Of a stretch of DNA of 64,000 nt, positions 45,084 to 54,345 are shown one piece after another. A program made the translations under genes and the position numbers. The notes below the pieces were generated by a model, which saw nothing but the letters and a program-made list of their open reading frames with translations, ran no database searches and had not been told where the DNA came from. Numbering within the stretch: the first letter of the stretch is position 1; each line of letters starts with the position of its first letter. The stretch is from IMG/VR virus record IMGVR_UViG_3300046542_000312, positions 1,260 to 65,259 of that record; one strand, 5' to 3'. The DNA is from a virus. Its lineage: Duplodnaviria > Caudoviricetes.

Positions 45084-46958
45084 TCATCTCTCCCCGTCGG
45101 TGCGGACGCGAATCCTTGGAACGCCCAGCGTCCACCGCGCCCCGACCTTGTCGGATTCAATCCTCATGGACATCGAGCGGCCGCGGAGCCGGATGCTCTT
45201 CTTGCCTGTAATCGTGTACGGAATGACCGTCAGTCTCTTCGCCGTCGCCGACGTCGAACCATGATCCGCATCTCCCGGCCAGTCAGACGCCGTCAGCGTG
45301 TGGACAAGTTCCGCGCCACTGTCCGGAGAAGCCTCGAAGTCCGCGTCGAAGATGAACAGGTCGGCGAACATCACGTCCTGACCGTCCGCGATCTCGATCG
45401 ACGAGCTTTGGACGTAGGCCACAAGCGGATTGACGACGAAGTCCGTCGCATCGTCGTAGCCGATCTCGTGGTCGTAGATCCTGCCGTTGAAGGCTCCGAT
45501 CGGGTTGTCGGCATAGTCGCCGTCGTACCATGCAGTCCTTCCGAAAGACGCGCGGCTGAAGGCTCCGGTTTCCATCGAGCAGAAGATGCTAACGTCGCAG
45601 TCGAGCGAGTCCTTGGAAGGATAGCTCCACCAGAACTCGCGGTTCGCCTGGTTGATGCCAGCCGTCGCCTTTTCGAACTCCTCGTGGTTGAAGTCGAGGT
45701 CGAGCCAGGTCTCGATGTCGCAGGGCACATAGGTGATCGTGCCGTCGTAGCGGTAGAAGCCCTTCTTGCCCATCCACATCATCGTGTCGCCGAAGACGGC
45801 GATGGCATTCGGCCCCATGATCGAGATGTTCTGTCCGATCAGCTCGAAGTTGAAGACGTATGTTCCACCGACGTAGGTCATCGCGTAGACGGCCTTGTCC
45901 GTGAAAATCAGGATGGACTGGCGCGTCTGCTTGACGGCGACGATGCGCGACCCGGATCCGAGCGTCAGGCCGCCGGACGTGGAGACGCGGTCGACCACCC
46001 AGTTCAGGGGGTTCTCCTGATCCGACCAGCGAACGTGCATGGGATTGGGCTTGCCATCTCCGAGGTACTCCTCGCAGCCGAAGGCGATCAGATGGCCGTC
46101 ACGTTCTGATACCAGCACCCACTCGGCCGAATGCGGCGCGGAGTGCTGATCCGGGAGCGTGGTGATGTCCTTCACCCTGTCCATCGGGTTGGTGGAGTCC
46201 CAGTGGAAGATGGGCGAGCCGCGGCGGACGCAGAACAGGTCTTCGCCGAAGTTGTCTCCAGACCACAGGGCGAGACGCTGGAAGGCGATGGCGTCATCAG
46301 CCGGGCCGCCCCATGTTCCGCGTCCCCAGCCGCCAGCACCCCAGCCGTAGCCGTATTCAGTCCTGTCGAGGCCAGTCGGAAGGAGGATCTCTACCTTGGT
46401 CGCTCCGCCGCCCGTCTGTGACGTAATGGCTGGATTGACGAGATCGAATCCGAATGTAACAGCGTCGATGATCTCGGTTACCTCGAACTCGCCCTTCAGG
46501 CCGGCGAGCGGAATGCCGCCCACTCCCGACGTTGGGGTGAGGATGATCCAGTCTCCGACGGACGAGAAGTGTGGGGTGTCGAGTTCCACCGTGAAGTGTG
46601 TCTCTCCTGCAACAGTCGTGATCGCATCGGTGACATTGTGGGTGGCGATGATCGGGGTGACATCGAGGTTCGTGCCGTCACGCTCGACGTACAGGCGCTT
46701 GTGCGTACCGATGGCCGTGTTGAGCGTTCCGTTGAGCGAGCTCCAGCGATAGAGCCACCTGCACGAGCCCATGTAGATCTCATGGTCGCGAGGCTGGAAT
46801 CCGCCGATCTTCTGAGTGTAATACTGACCCCGGACAGGGTGCCAGCGCACGTTCATGCCGTCGCGCCAGTAGCCCGACGCCGCGCTCTCGGTGGAGTCGA
46901 GAACGAGACCGGGTGGAACTTTCAGGGAGATGAGCTGACGCTGTCTTCCGGTCTTCAT
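45084..46958 (-). CDS. Tail nozzle/stabilisation protein (P22 gp10/T7 gp12-like)
   Basis: VRWSDQENP..W, beta-propeller-like, GWGAGGWG repeat. Confidence 0.75.
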   Translation of the reverse strand: MKTGRQRQLISLKVPPGLVLDSTESAASGYWRDGMNVRWHPVRGQYYTQKIGGFQPRDHEIYMGSCRWLYRWSSLNGTLNTAIGTHKRLYVERDGTNLDVTPIIATHNVTDAITTVAGETHFTVELDTPHFSSVGDWIILTPTSGVGGIPLAGLKGEFEVTEIIDAVTFGFDLVNPAITSQTGGGATKVEILLPTGLDRTEYGYGWGAGGWGRGTWGGPADDAIAFQRLALWSGDNFGEDLFCVRRGSPIFHWDSTNPMDRVKDITTLPDQHSAPHSAEWVLVSERDGHLIAFGCEEYLGDGKPNPMHVRWSDQENPLNWVVDRVSTSGGLTLGSGSRIVAVKQTRQSILIFTDKAVYAMTYVGGTYVFNFELIGQNISIMGPNAIAVFGDTMMWMGKKGFYRYDGTITYVPCDIETWLDLDFNHEEFEKATAGINQANREFWWSYPSKDSLDCDVSIFCSMETGAFSRASFGRTAWYDGDYADNPIGAFNGRIYDHEIGYDDATDFVVNPLVAYVQSSSIEIADGQDVMFADLFIFDADFEASPDSGAELVHTLTASDWPGDADHGSTSATAKRLTVIPYTITGKKSIRLRGRSMSMRIESDKVGARWTLGVPRIRVRTDGER

Positions 46959-46966
46959 GGGTCACC

Positions 46967-47542
46967 TCATTTCGTGGGCTTTGACGGAACCGGGAAGAAC
47001 TTTCCGGTATAGTCCTGGAGCAGGAAGTTGGTGCTTACCAACTGGCCGCCGCAGTTGTGTACGACCGAGAACCAGTATCGCTGCTGCGGGATTGGCTTGA
47101 GCCGCCAGACGCCGAATGACACCAGCTCGTCCTTGGCGGACACTTCCTTCTCGGTCGGTGCGCGGAACGATCCATCGACGTTTATGTCGTTCATGAACCT
47201 GACTTCGTAGGTCTGCTGGAAGTCCTCGAGACCGAGTGCCTCGATCCGCAACGGAGGAGAGCATTTCCGCATCTTCGATCCCCACACCTCGATGTAGAGG
47301 AAACCGTTATCGGCCCAGCTCCGGGTGTAGCCCATGTTCGAGACCACGGGCAGGAAAATGTCTGAAAGGCGATCGATCTTGTCGTTGGCCTTGTCCGCCT
47401 TGTTGTCGGCCGTGACCGCCAGTCCATTGGCTTCCACGGCCTTGTCCTTCGTCGCCGCCACATACGCACCGAGGCAGACGGTCGATGCACCAAGCAGGAC
47501 CGCCAGCACTGTGATTCCGATACGGATGAACCTCGCTCCCAT
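46967..47542 (-). CDS. Membrane-anchored hypothetical protein
   Basis: N-terminal TM. Confidence 0.7.
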   Translation of the reverse strand: MGARFIRIGITVLAVLLGASTVCLGAYVAATKDKAVEANGLAVTADNKADKANDKIDRLSDIFLPVVSNMGYTRSWADNGFLYIEVWGSKMRKCSPPLRIEALGLEDFQQTYEVRFMNDINVDGSFRAPTEKEVSAKDELVSFGVWRLKPIPQQRYWFSVVHNCGGQLVSTNFLLQDYTGKFFPVPSKPTK

Positions 47543-47547
47543 GACCG

Positions 47548-47787
47548 TCACTTTCCAAAGCTGTTGAGGAAGACCTTGATGTTCTCCCACCATGTGAAGA
47601 CGGTGACCACCGCGGCCGCCGTCGTCGTGAAGAATGCAACGAGAGTCTTCAGCACGAAATTCATCAGGGCCGTCGTCTCCTCGTCGCGTCGGATCATGTC
47701 CCTGAGCCTGCGGTATTCATTACGAGGAAGCTGGACTGTGACGATCTCGTCGTCCTCCAGCTCCTTCACCAACTTGATCTGCGTCAT
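47548..47787 (-). CDS. Small single-TM protein in the lysis cluster
   Basis: C-terminal TM. Confidence 0.65.
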   Translation of the reverse strand: MTQIKLVKELEDDEIVTVQLPRNEYRRLRDMIRRDEETTALMNFVLKTLVAFFTTTAAAVVTVFTWWENIKVFLNSFGK

Positions 47788-48095
47788 TGCGCCGTCTTCC
47801 CCTCGTTACTCACTGCAAAATCCACGACGGCGTTGTAGCGCGTGATCATGTTCCTTCCGCACGCCGACTTGCGACCATCCATGGCGGCCGCCTCCTTGTG
47901 CAGTTTCATGTTTCCGACCCGTCCGAGCTGTCCTTCCGGCACCTTGAGCTTCTCGTCGAAGCAGGTCTCTAGCTGACCAGGCAGCCTGAAGGTCTCCCGC
48001 AGATCGGGCTTAGTTGGAATTGCCCCAGAGCTTCCGCAGCTCGCGAGTGTCAGAGTCAGTGAGACAAGAACTGTCATCCTTAATGCTGTCGACAT
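47784..48095 (-). CDS. o-spanin (Rz1-like lipoprotein)
   Basis: LASC lipobox; overlaps the i-spanin 3' end. Confidence 0.75.
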   Translation of the reverse strand: MSTALRMTVLVSLTLTLASCGSSGAIPTKPDLRETFRLPGQLETCFDEKLKVPEGQLGRVGNMKLHKEAAAMDGRKSACGRNMITRYNAVVDFAVSNEGKTAQ

Positions 48096-48372
48096 AGTCC
48101 TCGAATCCCTTGATCTTCGCCTGCGCCGCCGCGGCTTCTTCCGTTGCCTTCGCCTCCATCTCGTTGATCTTCTTGTTGAAAGCCTCGATGTCCTTGAGTT
48201 TCTGCTCCGCCGCACGCCGAGCGTCCTCAGACACCTGCAGCTCCCACACGGCTCTCTCTGTGGAAACGCCGTGCTGGAAGACCAGCCAGTAACTCATCCC
48301 AACACACAGGATGAGAACTACGAATAGGGCGACCTTGATGACCGCCAGATATGGCTTGATGGCTTCCAGCAT
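48010..48372 (-). CDS. i-spanin (Rz-like)
   Basis: N-terminal TM, coiled coil, C-terminal Cys. Confidence 0.75.
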   Translation of the reverse strand: MLEAIKPYLAVIKVALFVVLILCVGMSYWLVFQHGVSTERAVWELQVSEDARRAAEQKLKDIEAFNKKINEMEAKATEEAAAAQAKIKGFEDYVDSIKDDSSCLTDSDTRELRKLWGNSN

Positions 48373-48382
48373 GACGGCCTCC

Positions 48383-49012
48383 TTACAGCCCGGAGACGCA
48401 CAGTTCGGCCTCGCCGAGACGCTGTGCATCACCCATTTCACGCCGGTTAACGATGCCGCGCGTAACCTTCCCGTTTGCCTGGTTCCACGCGGTTGCGGCT
48501 TCACAGGCCTCCCTGTAGCGCTTTGCGGTGATCCGCTTGCCAGCAGTGGACGTCCTCGCCCTGTCGACGCCGATGTTGTAGGCGAGCGAGATCATCGAGG
48601 CCTGCACGCTGATCGGAGCCTGATTGAATCCTTCCAGCTTGTCGACGAGTGGCAGGTAGTAGTCCATGACTGAAGCAGTCAGCATGTCATCGCACTGCTT
48701 CTTCGTGAACGTCATGCCAGGAGTCACAGGCTTTCCGTTTATGCGGGTCTCTCCCCAGCACACTGTCCACACGCCAACCATGTCCTTGTACGACGTAGTC
48801 TTCAAGGATTCCCACGGTTTGATCAGGCTTTCGACCGCCAGTACGACTGGGGCCGGAGTGATCCCCTTGGCGATGGCCGCACGGACTTCCTTCGAGGTGT
48901 CCGGGGCAGAGCCGCCGCCGAACGCGGCCCATCCGGAAGCCGACGCTGCAACGATAACCGCGGCAATGGCGGCTTTGCCCCGGCCGCTGGAAACGATCCT
49001 GTTAATCGGCAT
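48383..49012 (-). CDS. GH24 lysozyme, probable SAR endolysin
   Basis: E-X8-D-X5-T (WESLKTTSYKDMVGVWT), YNIG, G..NRR..E; Ala-rich N-terminal TM. Confidence 0.9.
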   Translation of the reverse strand: MPINRIVSSGRGKAAIAAVIVAASASGWAAFGGGSAPDTSKEVRAAIAKGITPAPVVLAVESLIKPWESLKTTSYKDMVGVWTVCWGETRINGKPVTPGMTFTKKQCDDMLTASVMDYYLPLVDKLEGFNQAPISVQASMISLAYNIGVDRARTSTAGKRITAKRYREACEAATAWNQANGKVTRGIVNRREMGDAQRLGEAELCVSGL

Positions 49013-49232
49013 TGGTGATCTCCTTCTGCGCGACGATCCGTGCGACGAATGCGCCGGCCGACGTGATGGCTGAAAGTCCGGCGAATGCGCCGAGCGGCAT
49101 CCAGAGCGGCGCACCGAAGATCTGGAAGTAGACCTCGACGGCAGACAGGGCGGCCGCCAGAAGAATGAGCCGAATGCTCCATGCCTTCTTTACGACCGTC
49201 TTCCAGTCCTTGCCCAGTTCGAATTTGAACAT
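49002..49232 (-). CDS. Holin
   Basis: DWK.V.KKAWSIRL..ARIVAQ, 2 TMs, upstream of the endolysin. Confidence 0.75.
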   Translation of the reverse strand: MFKFELGKDWKTVVKKAWSIRLILLAAALSAVEVYFQIFGAPLWMPLGAFAGLSAITSAGAFVARIVAQKEITNAD

Positions 49233-49245
49233 GATCGAATCCTTT

Positions 49246-50538
49246 CTATTCCAGTGAGTAGACCTGGAAGGTGCGAACACCCTGCGTGTCGATCACGTAC
49301 ATCTTGCCGTTGTCCGGGTTGTATCCTGCCGAGTATGCCTGCCGTCCGACGTTCTTCCGGGGATCCGATCCCTCGGGGTCGTCGATCGCGATCACCTCGG
49401 ATGTCATCGGCACGTGCTCGATGTCCTGCGTGATCGACAGTCCGGATCCGAAGCTGCCGTTCCACTCGATCTCGATCATGCGGTTGGATGCTGAGGACGT
49501 GCCGTTGAAGATCACCTGGACGATGCGATTATGGTCTGTCTGCACCCAGGCCTGACGTTTGAGGTTGTCCCACACGCTGTAGCTGAGGTCAGTGTTGTCA
49601 GGGTCGGAAATTCCGCGGATGGAGACTATGTTCGACATGAGCGTCACGCCCACCGTCTGGTCGATCTCGATGACCGCGTAGTAGCGGATGCCTTCGGGGC
49701 CGATCTCGTCTCCGGTCAGGGGATCCGTGCAGTTCTGGTCTCCCCACGACATCAGAGCCTGCATCTGGAATCTGCTTCCGAGACGGATCATGTTCCAGGA
49801 GTCGAACGTGAAGTTCGACATGCCCGTCATGATCACGTCGGACGTCGGCGCATCGAGCCACTCGGTGAAGTTCCAGTTCTTCGTTCCGATGCGAAGCTCG
49901 GTGCCCGTCTCGTCGATGACAGGGAAGATGGCCGCGGGGCCGCCTTCGCCCTGCGTGGTCACGGCATAGCGGAACGGCAGGTATGGATCCGGTCGCCAGA
50001 TCTCGGTGGCGATGATCGAGCCGCCAGTGCCCGGCTCCATGTTGTAGGTCAGGTCGTCCGCGACGATAAGCGTGTCATCGTTGTGCCAGAACGGCGGAGT
50101 GCCGTAATACACCTCCTGCGGATCAGCGGTGTCATCGAACTCGCGAAGAGCCCACGCACCCTCGGAATCGTCATAGATTCCGAGCCACTGGCCGTGCAGA
50201 ACGGCAATGCGCTCCTTGTTCCAGCTCATGCCAGCAAAATACTTCCCGTGCGTGTCTCCGTTGAAGGTGATGCCGGGCGTGCTGTCGATGCTGTAGAGCA
50301 CGGACGAGCCGTCGACCGCCAGCCTGTTCAGCCGGAAGCCGTCCGCGTCCTCCTCCACTTCCTCGTCGATGACGGCTGGGGTGGCGTAGTAGACGGTTGT
50401 CGGGCTGACGTAGTACGGACCAGCGATGATCGGCACGGGAACCTCGTTCGGGTGCATGATGACCTTCTGCACCTGAGGATTCCACGTCCACTCCGGCGGA
50501 GCGGTGTCCTTGGGCTTGGTGTGGAAGAAAATGATCAT
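49246..50538 (-). CDS. Putative tail-associated beta-propeller-like protein
   Basis: Position, composition. Confidence 0.6.
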   Translation of the reverse strand: MIIFFHTKPKDTAPPEWTWNPQVQKVIMHPNEVPVPIIAGPYYVSPTTVYYATPAVIDEEVEEDADGFRLNRLAVDGSSVLYSIDSTPGITFNGDTHGKYFAGMSWNKERIAVLHGQWLGIYDDSEGAWALREFDDTADPQEVYYGTPPFWHNDDTLIVADDLTYNMEPGTGGSIIATEIWRPDPYLPFRYAVTTQGEGGPAAIFPVIDETGTELRIGTKNWNFTEWLDAPTSDVIMTGMSNFTFDSWNMIRLGSRFQMQALMSWGDQNCTDPLTGDEIGPEGIRYYAVIEIDQTVGVTLMSNIVSIRGISDPDNTDLSYSVWDNLKRQAWVQTDHNRIVQVIFNGTSSASNRMIEIEWNGSFGSGLSITQDIEHVPMTSEVIAIDDPEGSDPRKNVGRQAYSAGYNPDNGKMYVIDTQGVRTFQVYSLE

Positions 50539-51542
50539 GGGCCGAGTGTCCTCCAGAACCACAGGACGGAGCGGAAGTTGCGGGATGCATCACCAGCTCC
50601 GACGATGGTCACCGAGTACACTCCGGACGCGAAGGATCCGACGATGGTTCCGGGGCCGGTCCCCATCGTGTCGGTCAGGCTGATCTGCTCGGCGGTGATG
50701 CCGCTTCCCGTCAGGTCGAAGACGGGGTAGGTGCCGTTCTCAGGATAGACGAAGTGGGCGATGGCGACGTCCTTGAAGCCCTTCTTGGTCACATCGCTCG
50801 TATCGATCGACGAGATGATGCTGGCGCGCGTCGGAGTTCCCGGATCCGGCAGAGCGTCGATGGCCGCCGCGATTGCAGCGTTGTAGTCCACGGCGATCTC
50901 GGCCTCGATCTCGGCGAGGGTCTTGCCGTCCAGGTGCTCGGAATCGACCGCCAGAGAAGCCGTTCCCGTCAGGTCTCCGGTCACGTCGCCCGTGAGGTTG
51001 CCAGTGATGGCTCCGGTCACGGTCAGCGCTCCGGCGATGGTCTGGTCGCCTCCGACAGTCACGTCATCGGCAACCGTCAGGTCTCCCGTGACATTCAGGT
51101 TCTCGACGCGCAGTGCACCCGTCACGTTGATGTGGCTGTGGAGATCCCAGGCATCGGCTCCGTCGATCAGGACGAGCGTGGAGAAGCCCATCGGGATGGT
51201 GACCAGGTCTCCACCCGCAACGCCGATCTTGACGTTCTTGCCGCCCGTGGTCTGGTTGCGGACGTAGTAGATCTTCGGCTGTGCGGGGGCGAGGATCGTC
51301 CTGTCGGCCGTCAGGGCACCCGTGACCACGAGGATTGCACTGCGCGACTCGTCGCCCTCGACGTCGCCGTAGACGGACGCAAGGGTGTAGTCGGCATCGA
51401 CCATCACGACCTGAGTCGTGGCATAGAGCGCCTGTTCGAGGAGCTGGCCGAGGTTCCGGTTGGTGATCTGTCCCCAGATCCCATTCTTCTCGCCATCGGC
51501 CATCATTTCGAGGCGGAGACTGTTCGAATATGTAGAGGGCAT
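50535..51542 (-). CDS. Tail needle/fibre-like protein
   Basis: MPSTYS..LRLE..ADGE..G.WG N-terminus, TG repeats. Confidence 0.65.
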   Translation of the reverse strand: MPSTYSNSLRLEMMADGEKNGIWGQITNRNLGQLLEQALYATTQVVMVDADYTLASVYGDVEGDESRSAILVVTGALTADRTILAPAQPKIYYVRNQTTGGKNVKIGVAGGDLVTIPMGFSTLVLIDGADAWDLHSHINVTGALRVENLNVTGDLTVADDVTVGGDQTIAGALTVTGAITGNLTGDVTGDLTGTASLAVDSEHLDGKTLAEIEAEIAVDYNAAIAAAIDALPDPGTPTRASIISSIDTSDVTKKGFKDVAIAHFVYPENGTYPVFDLTGSGITAEQISLTDTMGTGPGTIVGSFASGVYSVTIVGAGDASRNFRSVLWFWRTLGP

Positions 51543-51592
51543 CGTCCGCTCCTATTTCACTATCATCATGCTATGTCGTGGCCCCGGAATTT

Positions 51593-52006
51593 CTAAGCGA
51601 TGGCCAGCAGGGACTGCGCGTGCCCGTTCCTCGGGAACCTGACCTTGAAGACTCCGTCCTGCGAATGCCTGTCGAATTCGAAGTCGAGGATGGCCACGGC
51701 CTTCGAATCCTTGGTGACGTTGAAGATCAGAGCGCCGCGAGCCACGATTTCGCCCGTCCACTGGACGTCGGTGAAGTCGACCACGGCCTTTCCTTCGTCG
51801 ATGCGGATGGCGCAGTCGACGATCACGCCGCCCTGGTCGTAGCCGCCGCCCGTGATCTCGCCGGATTCGACGTAGACCGTCGTCGAGGCGGGATCGAGGC
51901 TCGCAGTGGAGCGGTAGAGCGCCATGCCGAACATGTCGTTCTCGAAGTCGTGAACGCCCTGGAGTAGTTCCTTCTTGAAGGAATAGGGGATACCGGAACG
52001 GATCAT
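51593..52006 (-). CDS. Virion structural protein
   Basis: SFKKELL.G.HDF..ALY, ARGALI.N. Confidence 0.7.
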   Translation of the reverse strand: MIRSGIPYSFKKELLQGVHDFENDMFGMALYRSTASLDPASTTVYVESGEITGGGYDQGGVIVDCAIRIDEGKAVVDFTDVQWTGEIVARGALIFNVTKDSKAVAILDFEFDRHSQDGVFKVRFPRNGHAQSLLAIA

Positions 52007-52629
52007 GTGGGCTGTCTCCTCGTGCGGACGAAGTCGAATTTCATGCGGCCGATGCCGATGGCCTGGAGGCTGTTCATGCTGTCGGCGACACGCTTCTCGA
52101 GAAGAGCCAGCGTGTCCTCGTCGAGCTTCAGGTAGACGGCAGCGCGCAGAAGGGTGGCGGAAAGCAGGGCTTCCTCGCAACTATCGCCGAGGAAGGACGT
52201 GTCCGTCTCAACGATCGAGTCCGGGTTGTGGTAGTACCAGAGATCCGTCGGATAGGCCGCGGCAGGAGTTGGATACAGATCGAGCTGCTTCTGCCCGCGG
52301 AACTCGTAGTAGCGCGGAACGCCCGTGAATGTCGGGTCAGGATACATCGTGCGGCCGAATCCATCGTCCTTCTGATCCAGATACTTAAACTGGCCGGCTG
52401 CGACCACGGCGAAGGAATAGAGGGCCAGCGCGTCATCCGGGAGGGTGATCGTGGAAGTGTTGACAACGGTGACGAGTCCTTCAGCCTGCTTGCGGACGGA
52501 GGGGAACTCCATCTGCTGGAAGATCGCGGTCTCGGCCATCCTGATGAACAGGTCGATGTTGTCGAGGAACGTGTCCTCGTCGTTTTCCATGTACTGCTGG
52601 ACGGCCAGCCTGAGTTCTTCGTAATTCAT
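52003..52629 (-). CDS. Head-tail adaptor-like protein
   Basis: MNY.EL...Q.Y.EN, G.PRYY, PTP. Confidence 0.7.
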   Translation of the reverse strand: MNYEELRLAVQQYMENDEDTFLDNIDLFIRMAETAIFQQMEFPSVRKQAEGLVTVVNTSTITLPDDALALYSFAVVAAGQFKYLDQKDDGFGRTMYPDPTFTGVPRYYEFRGQKQLDLYPTPAAAYPTDLWYYHNPDSIVETDTSFLGDSCEEALLSATLLRAAVYLKLDEDTLALLEKRVADSMNSLQAIGIGRMKFDFVRTRRQPT

Positions 52630-52925
52630 CAGATACCTCCGAAATAGGTGCCGAGAAGGACGCGCGTCTCAGGCAGGTTGCCGACCGGATCCCATCCTCC
52701 TGGGCCTCCGACGTTGATCTGTGGACGAGGGCGGCCCTTGGGGCGGGGGTCATCGTAGCGGAGCTGCTTCTGCGCCATCGGGCCGGGGTTCGGCTGGTCG
52801 TAGCACCTGTCGCAGACGTAGATGTTCTTGGAATTGCCGTAGTCGTCGCATTCGGGGCGTAGCTCTCCGGGCTTCACCTTCCGCATGCATCGCTCGCAAT
52901 ATGCGAATACGATCGTCGCCATCAC
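52629..52925 (-). CDS. Zn-ribbon protein
   Basis: CERC..VCDRCYD. Confidence 0.7.
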   Translation of the reverse strand: MMATIVFAYCERCMRKVKPGELRPECDDYGNSKNIYVCDRCYDQPNPGPMAQKQLRYDDPRPKGRPRPQINVGGPGGWDPVGNLPETRVLLGTYFGGI

Positions 52926-53581
52926 AGATCTCCGACATAGGGCCGCCAGAAGAACGTCGACTTGTCGCGATCCTCGTAGCTGGCTTCCTCGAACTTCTGA
53001 TCGGCGATCGCCTGTAGTCCCGCGGAGTCAGCGCGCACGGCCCTGTCCTTGGACTTCTGCGCGAGCTTGGCGGCGAGAGCGGCGATGTAGGCCGGAATGA
53101 ACGTCCAGCGCACGTCGAGCTCCGCGCCGTTGTTGGCGGGATCCGCGATCCTCCTGATGCGGAAGATCGTCATGTAGTATTCGGTATCCGGAACAGGCCA
53201 GACGATCATGCTGGGAGCGGTCTTCTGCTTGTCTATGGTGATGAACGACGGGATCGTCCCAGTCTGATCCTTGCGGGCCGTGCGGGCGTAGGCGACCATC
53301 GGCTGCTTGGGAACCGGGATGTCGCGGCCGCCCTGCGACGCCACCGCCTCGAAGACATCGAGCGTGTCAGCCGGAAGATCGTAGCGGGTCTGCCCCGGAA
53401 CCATCGGGATAGCGATCTCGTCGATAGTCCAGAAATTGATGCCCTTCGAGGCCCACTCGATGTTCAGGAGAGCCATGGAGCGGCGCGCGGTCTGGATGTC
53501 ATGACCCGTACGGGATTCGATACCAGCCTGCTCGTAGGCCTCCTCGATGATTGTCGCGATGTCGAATACTTCGTTTGCCAT
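52922..53581 (-). CDS. Head-tail connector/adaptor
   Basis: IEEAYE.AG..TARRS..L..EW..G.N.WT, WPVPD. Confidence 0.7.
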   Translation of the reverse strand: MANEVFDIATIIEEAYEQAGIESRTGHDIQTARRSMALLNIEWASKGINFWTIDEIAIPMVPGQTRYDLPADTLDVFEAVASQGGRDIPVPKQPMVAYARTARKDQTGTIPSFITIDKQKTAPSMIVWPVPDTEYYMTIFRIRRIADPANNGAELDVRWTFIPAYIAALAAKLAQKSKDRAVRADSAGLQAIADQKFEEASYEDRDKSTFFWRPYVGDL

Positions 53582-53591
53582 GGTCGAATCC

Positions 53592-53813
53592 TTAGTGCTT
53601 TGCCCGGTTCGCCGAGGCGGACATCACACGGAGGTTCTTCCTTGCGTTGTCCTGCGGGTCGCCATTTTTGTGATCGATATCGCGGCCATCATGCTTTGAC
53701 ACGCGCCCTTCGCGCTCGAACTCGCGGCGGTTCTTGTTCCGCTTGGCTCGGTCGCGCTTGTCCTGTTCGGACGCCTGGTACTTCAGGTATTCGTCGCGGT
53801 AGTTCCTCGCCAC
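53592..53813 (-). CDS. Small HNH endonuclease
   Basis: DIDHKNG.P.DN...NLR...NR; GTG start with GGAGG. Confidence 0.75.
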   Translation of the reverse strand: MARNYRDEYLKYQASEQDKRDRAKRNKNRREFEREGRVSKHDGRDIDHKNGDPQDNARKNLRVMSASANRAKH

Positions 53814-53875
53814 TACGTTATCCTCCGGATGGGTCTCTTCTGAGGTTCCCACCCGGAGTCCGTTTTTGTAAGCGG

Positions 53876-54097
53876 TCAGCCCAGGATGTTGAGCACCACG
53901 AGGGTGATCTCCTGAAGAAGACCGATCGACGGGGCGGTGTCGCCCGGCTTGCAGTTCACCCACGTCGAGTAATAGGCGCGGTAGAGCCTGCTGTCGTAGT
54001 TGTTCGTAACCGTTTCAGCCGCCTCCGTGGGGTGATACGCGTGGATCTTTGTAGGATTCGCGCGTGTCACGACGATGATGACTTGGTTTGCTGCCAT
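53876..54097 (-). CDS. Small protein, paralog of 54128..54337
   Basis: P.KI.AYH..TV...Y.S..YRAY..PGD. Confidence 0.7.
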   Translation of the reverse strand: MAANQVIIVVTRANPTKIHAYHPTEAAETVTNNYDSRLYRAYYSTWVNCKPGDTAPSIGLLQEITLVVLNILG

Positions 54098-54127
54098 ATG
54101 GACTCCCCATCTGGAGATCGCGTACCG

Positions 54128-54337
54128 TCAGGCCGCCAGCTCGATCTCCGTTCCTTCAGATACATCGACCTGATCACCCGGTGCGACACCGGATACGAAT
54201 GCGATTTTGTACGCACGGAAGGTCTCCGATTCATACGCCTCGCTAACTGTCACCGTCTGACTGGACGAGTGGTAGGCAAAGATCCTGTTTGGATCGTCCT
54301 TCCGGATCACGACAATCATGTTCACCGCCATAGTCAT
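54128..54337 (-). CDS. Small protein (fibre chaperone?)
   Basis: Paralogous to 53876..54097. Confidence 0.7.
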   Translation of the reverse strand: MTMAVNMIVVIRKDDPNRIFAYHSSSQTVTVSEAYESETFRAYKIAFVSGVAPGDQVDVSEGTEIELAA

Positions 54338-54345
54338 TTCCTCCG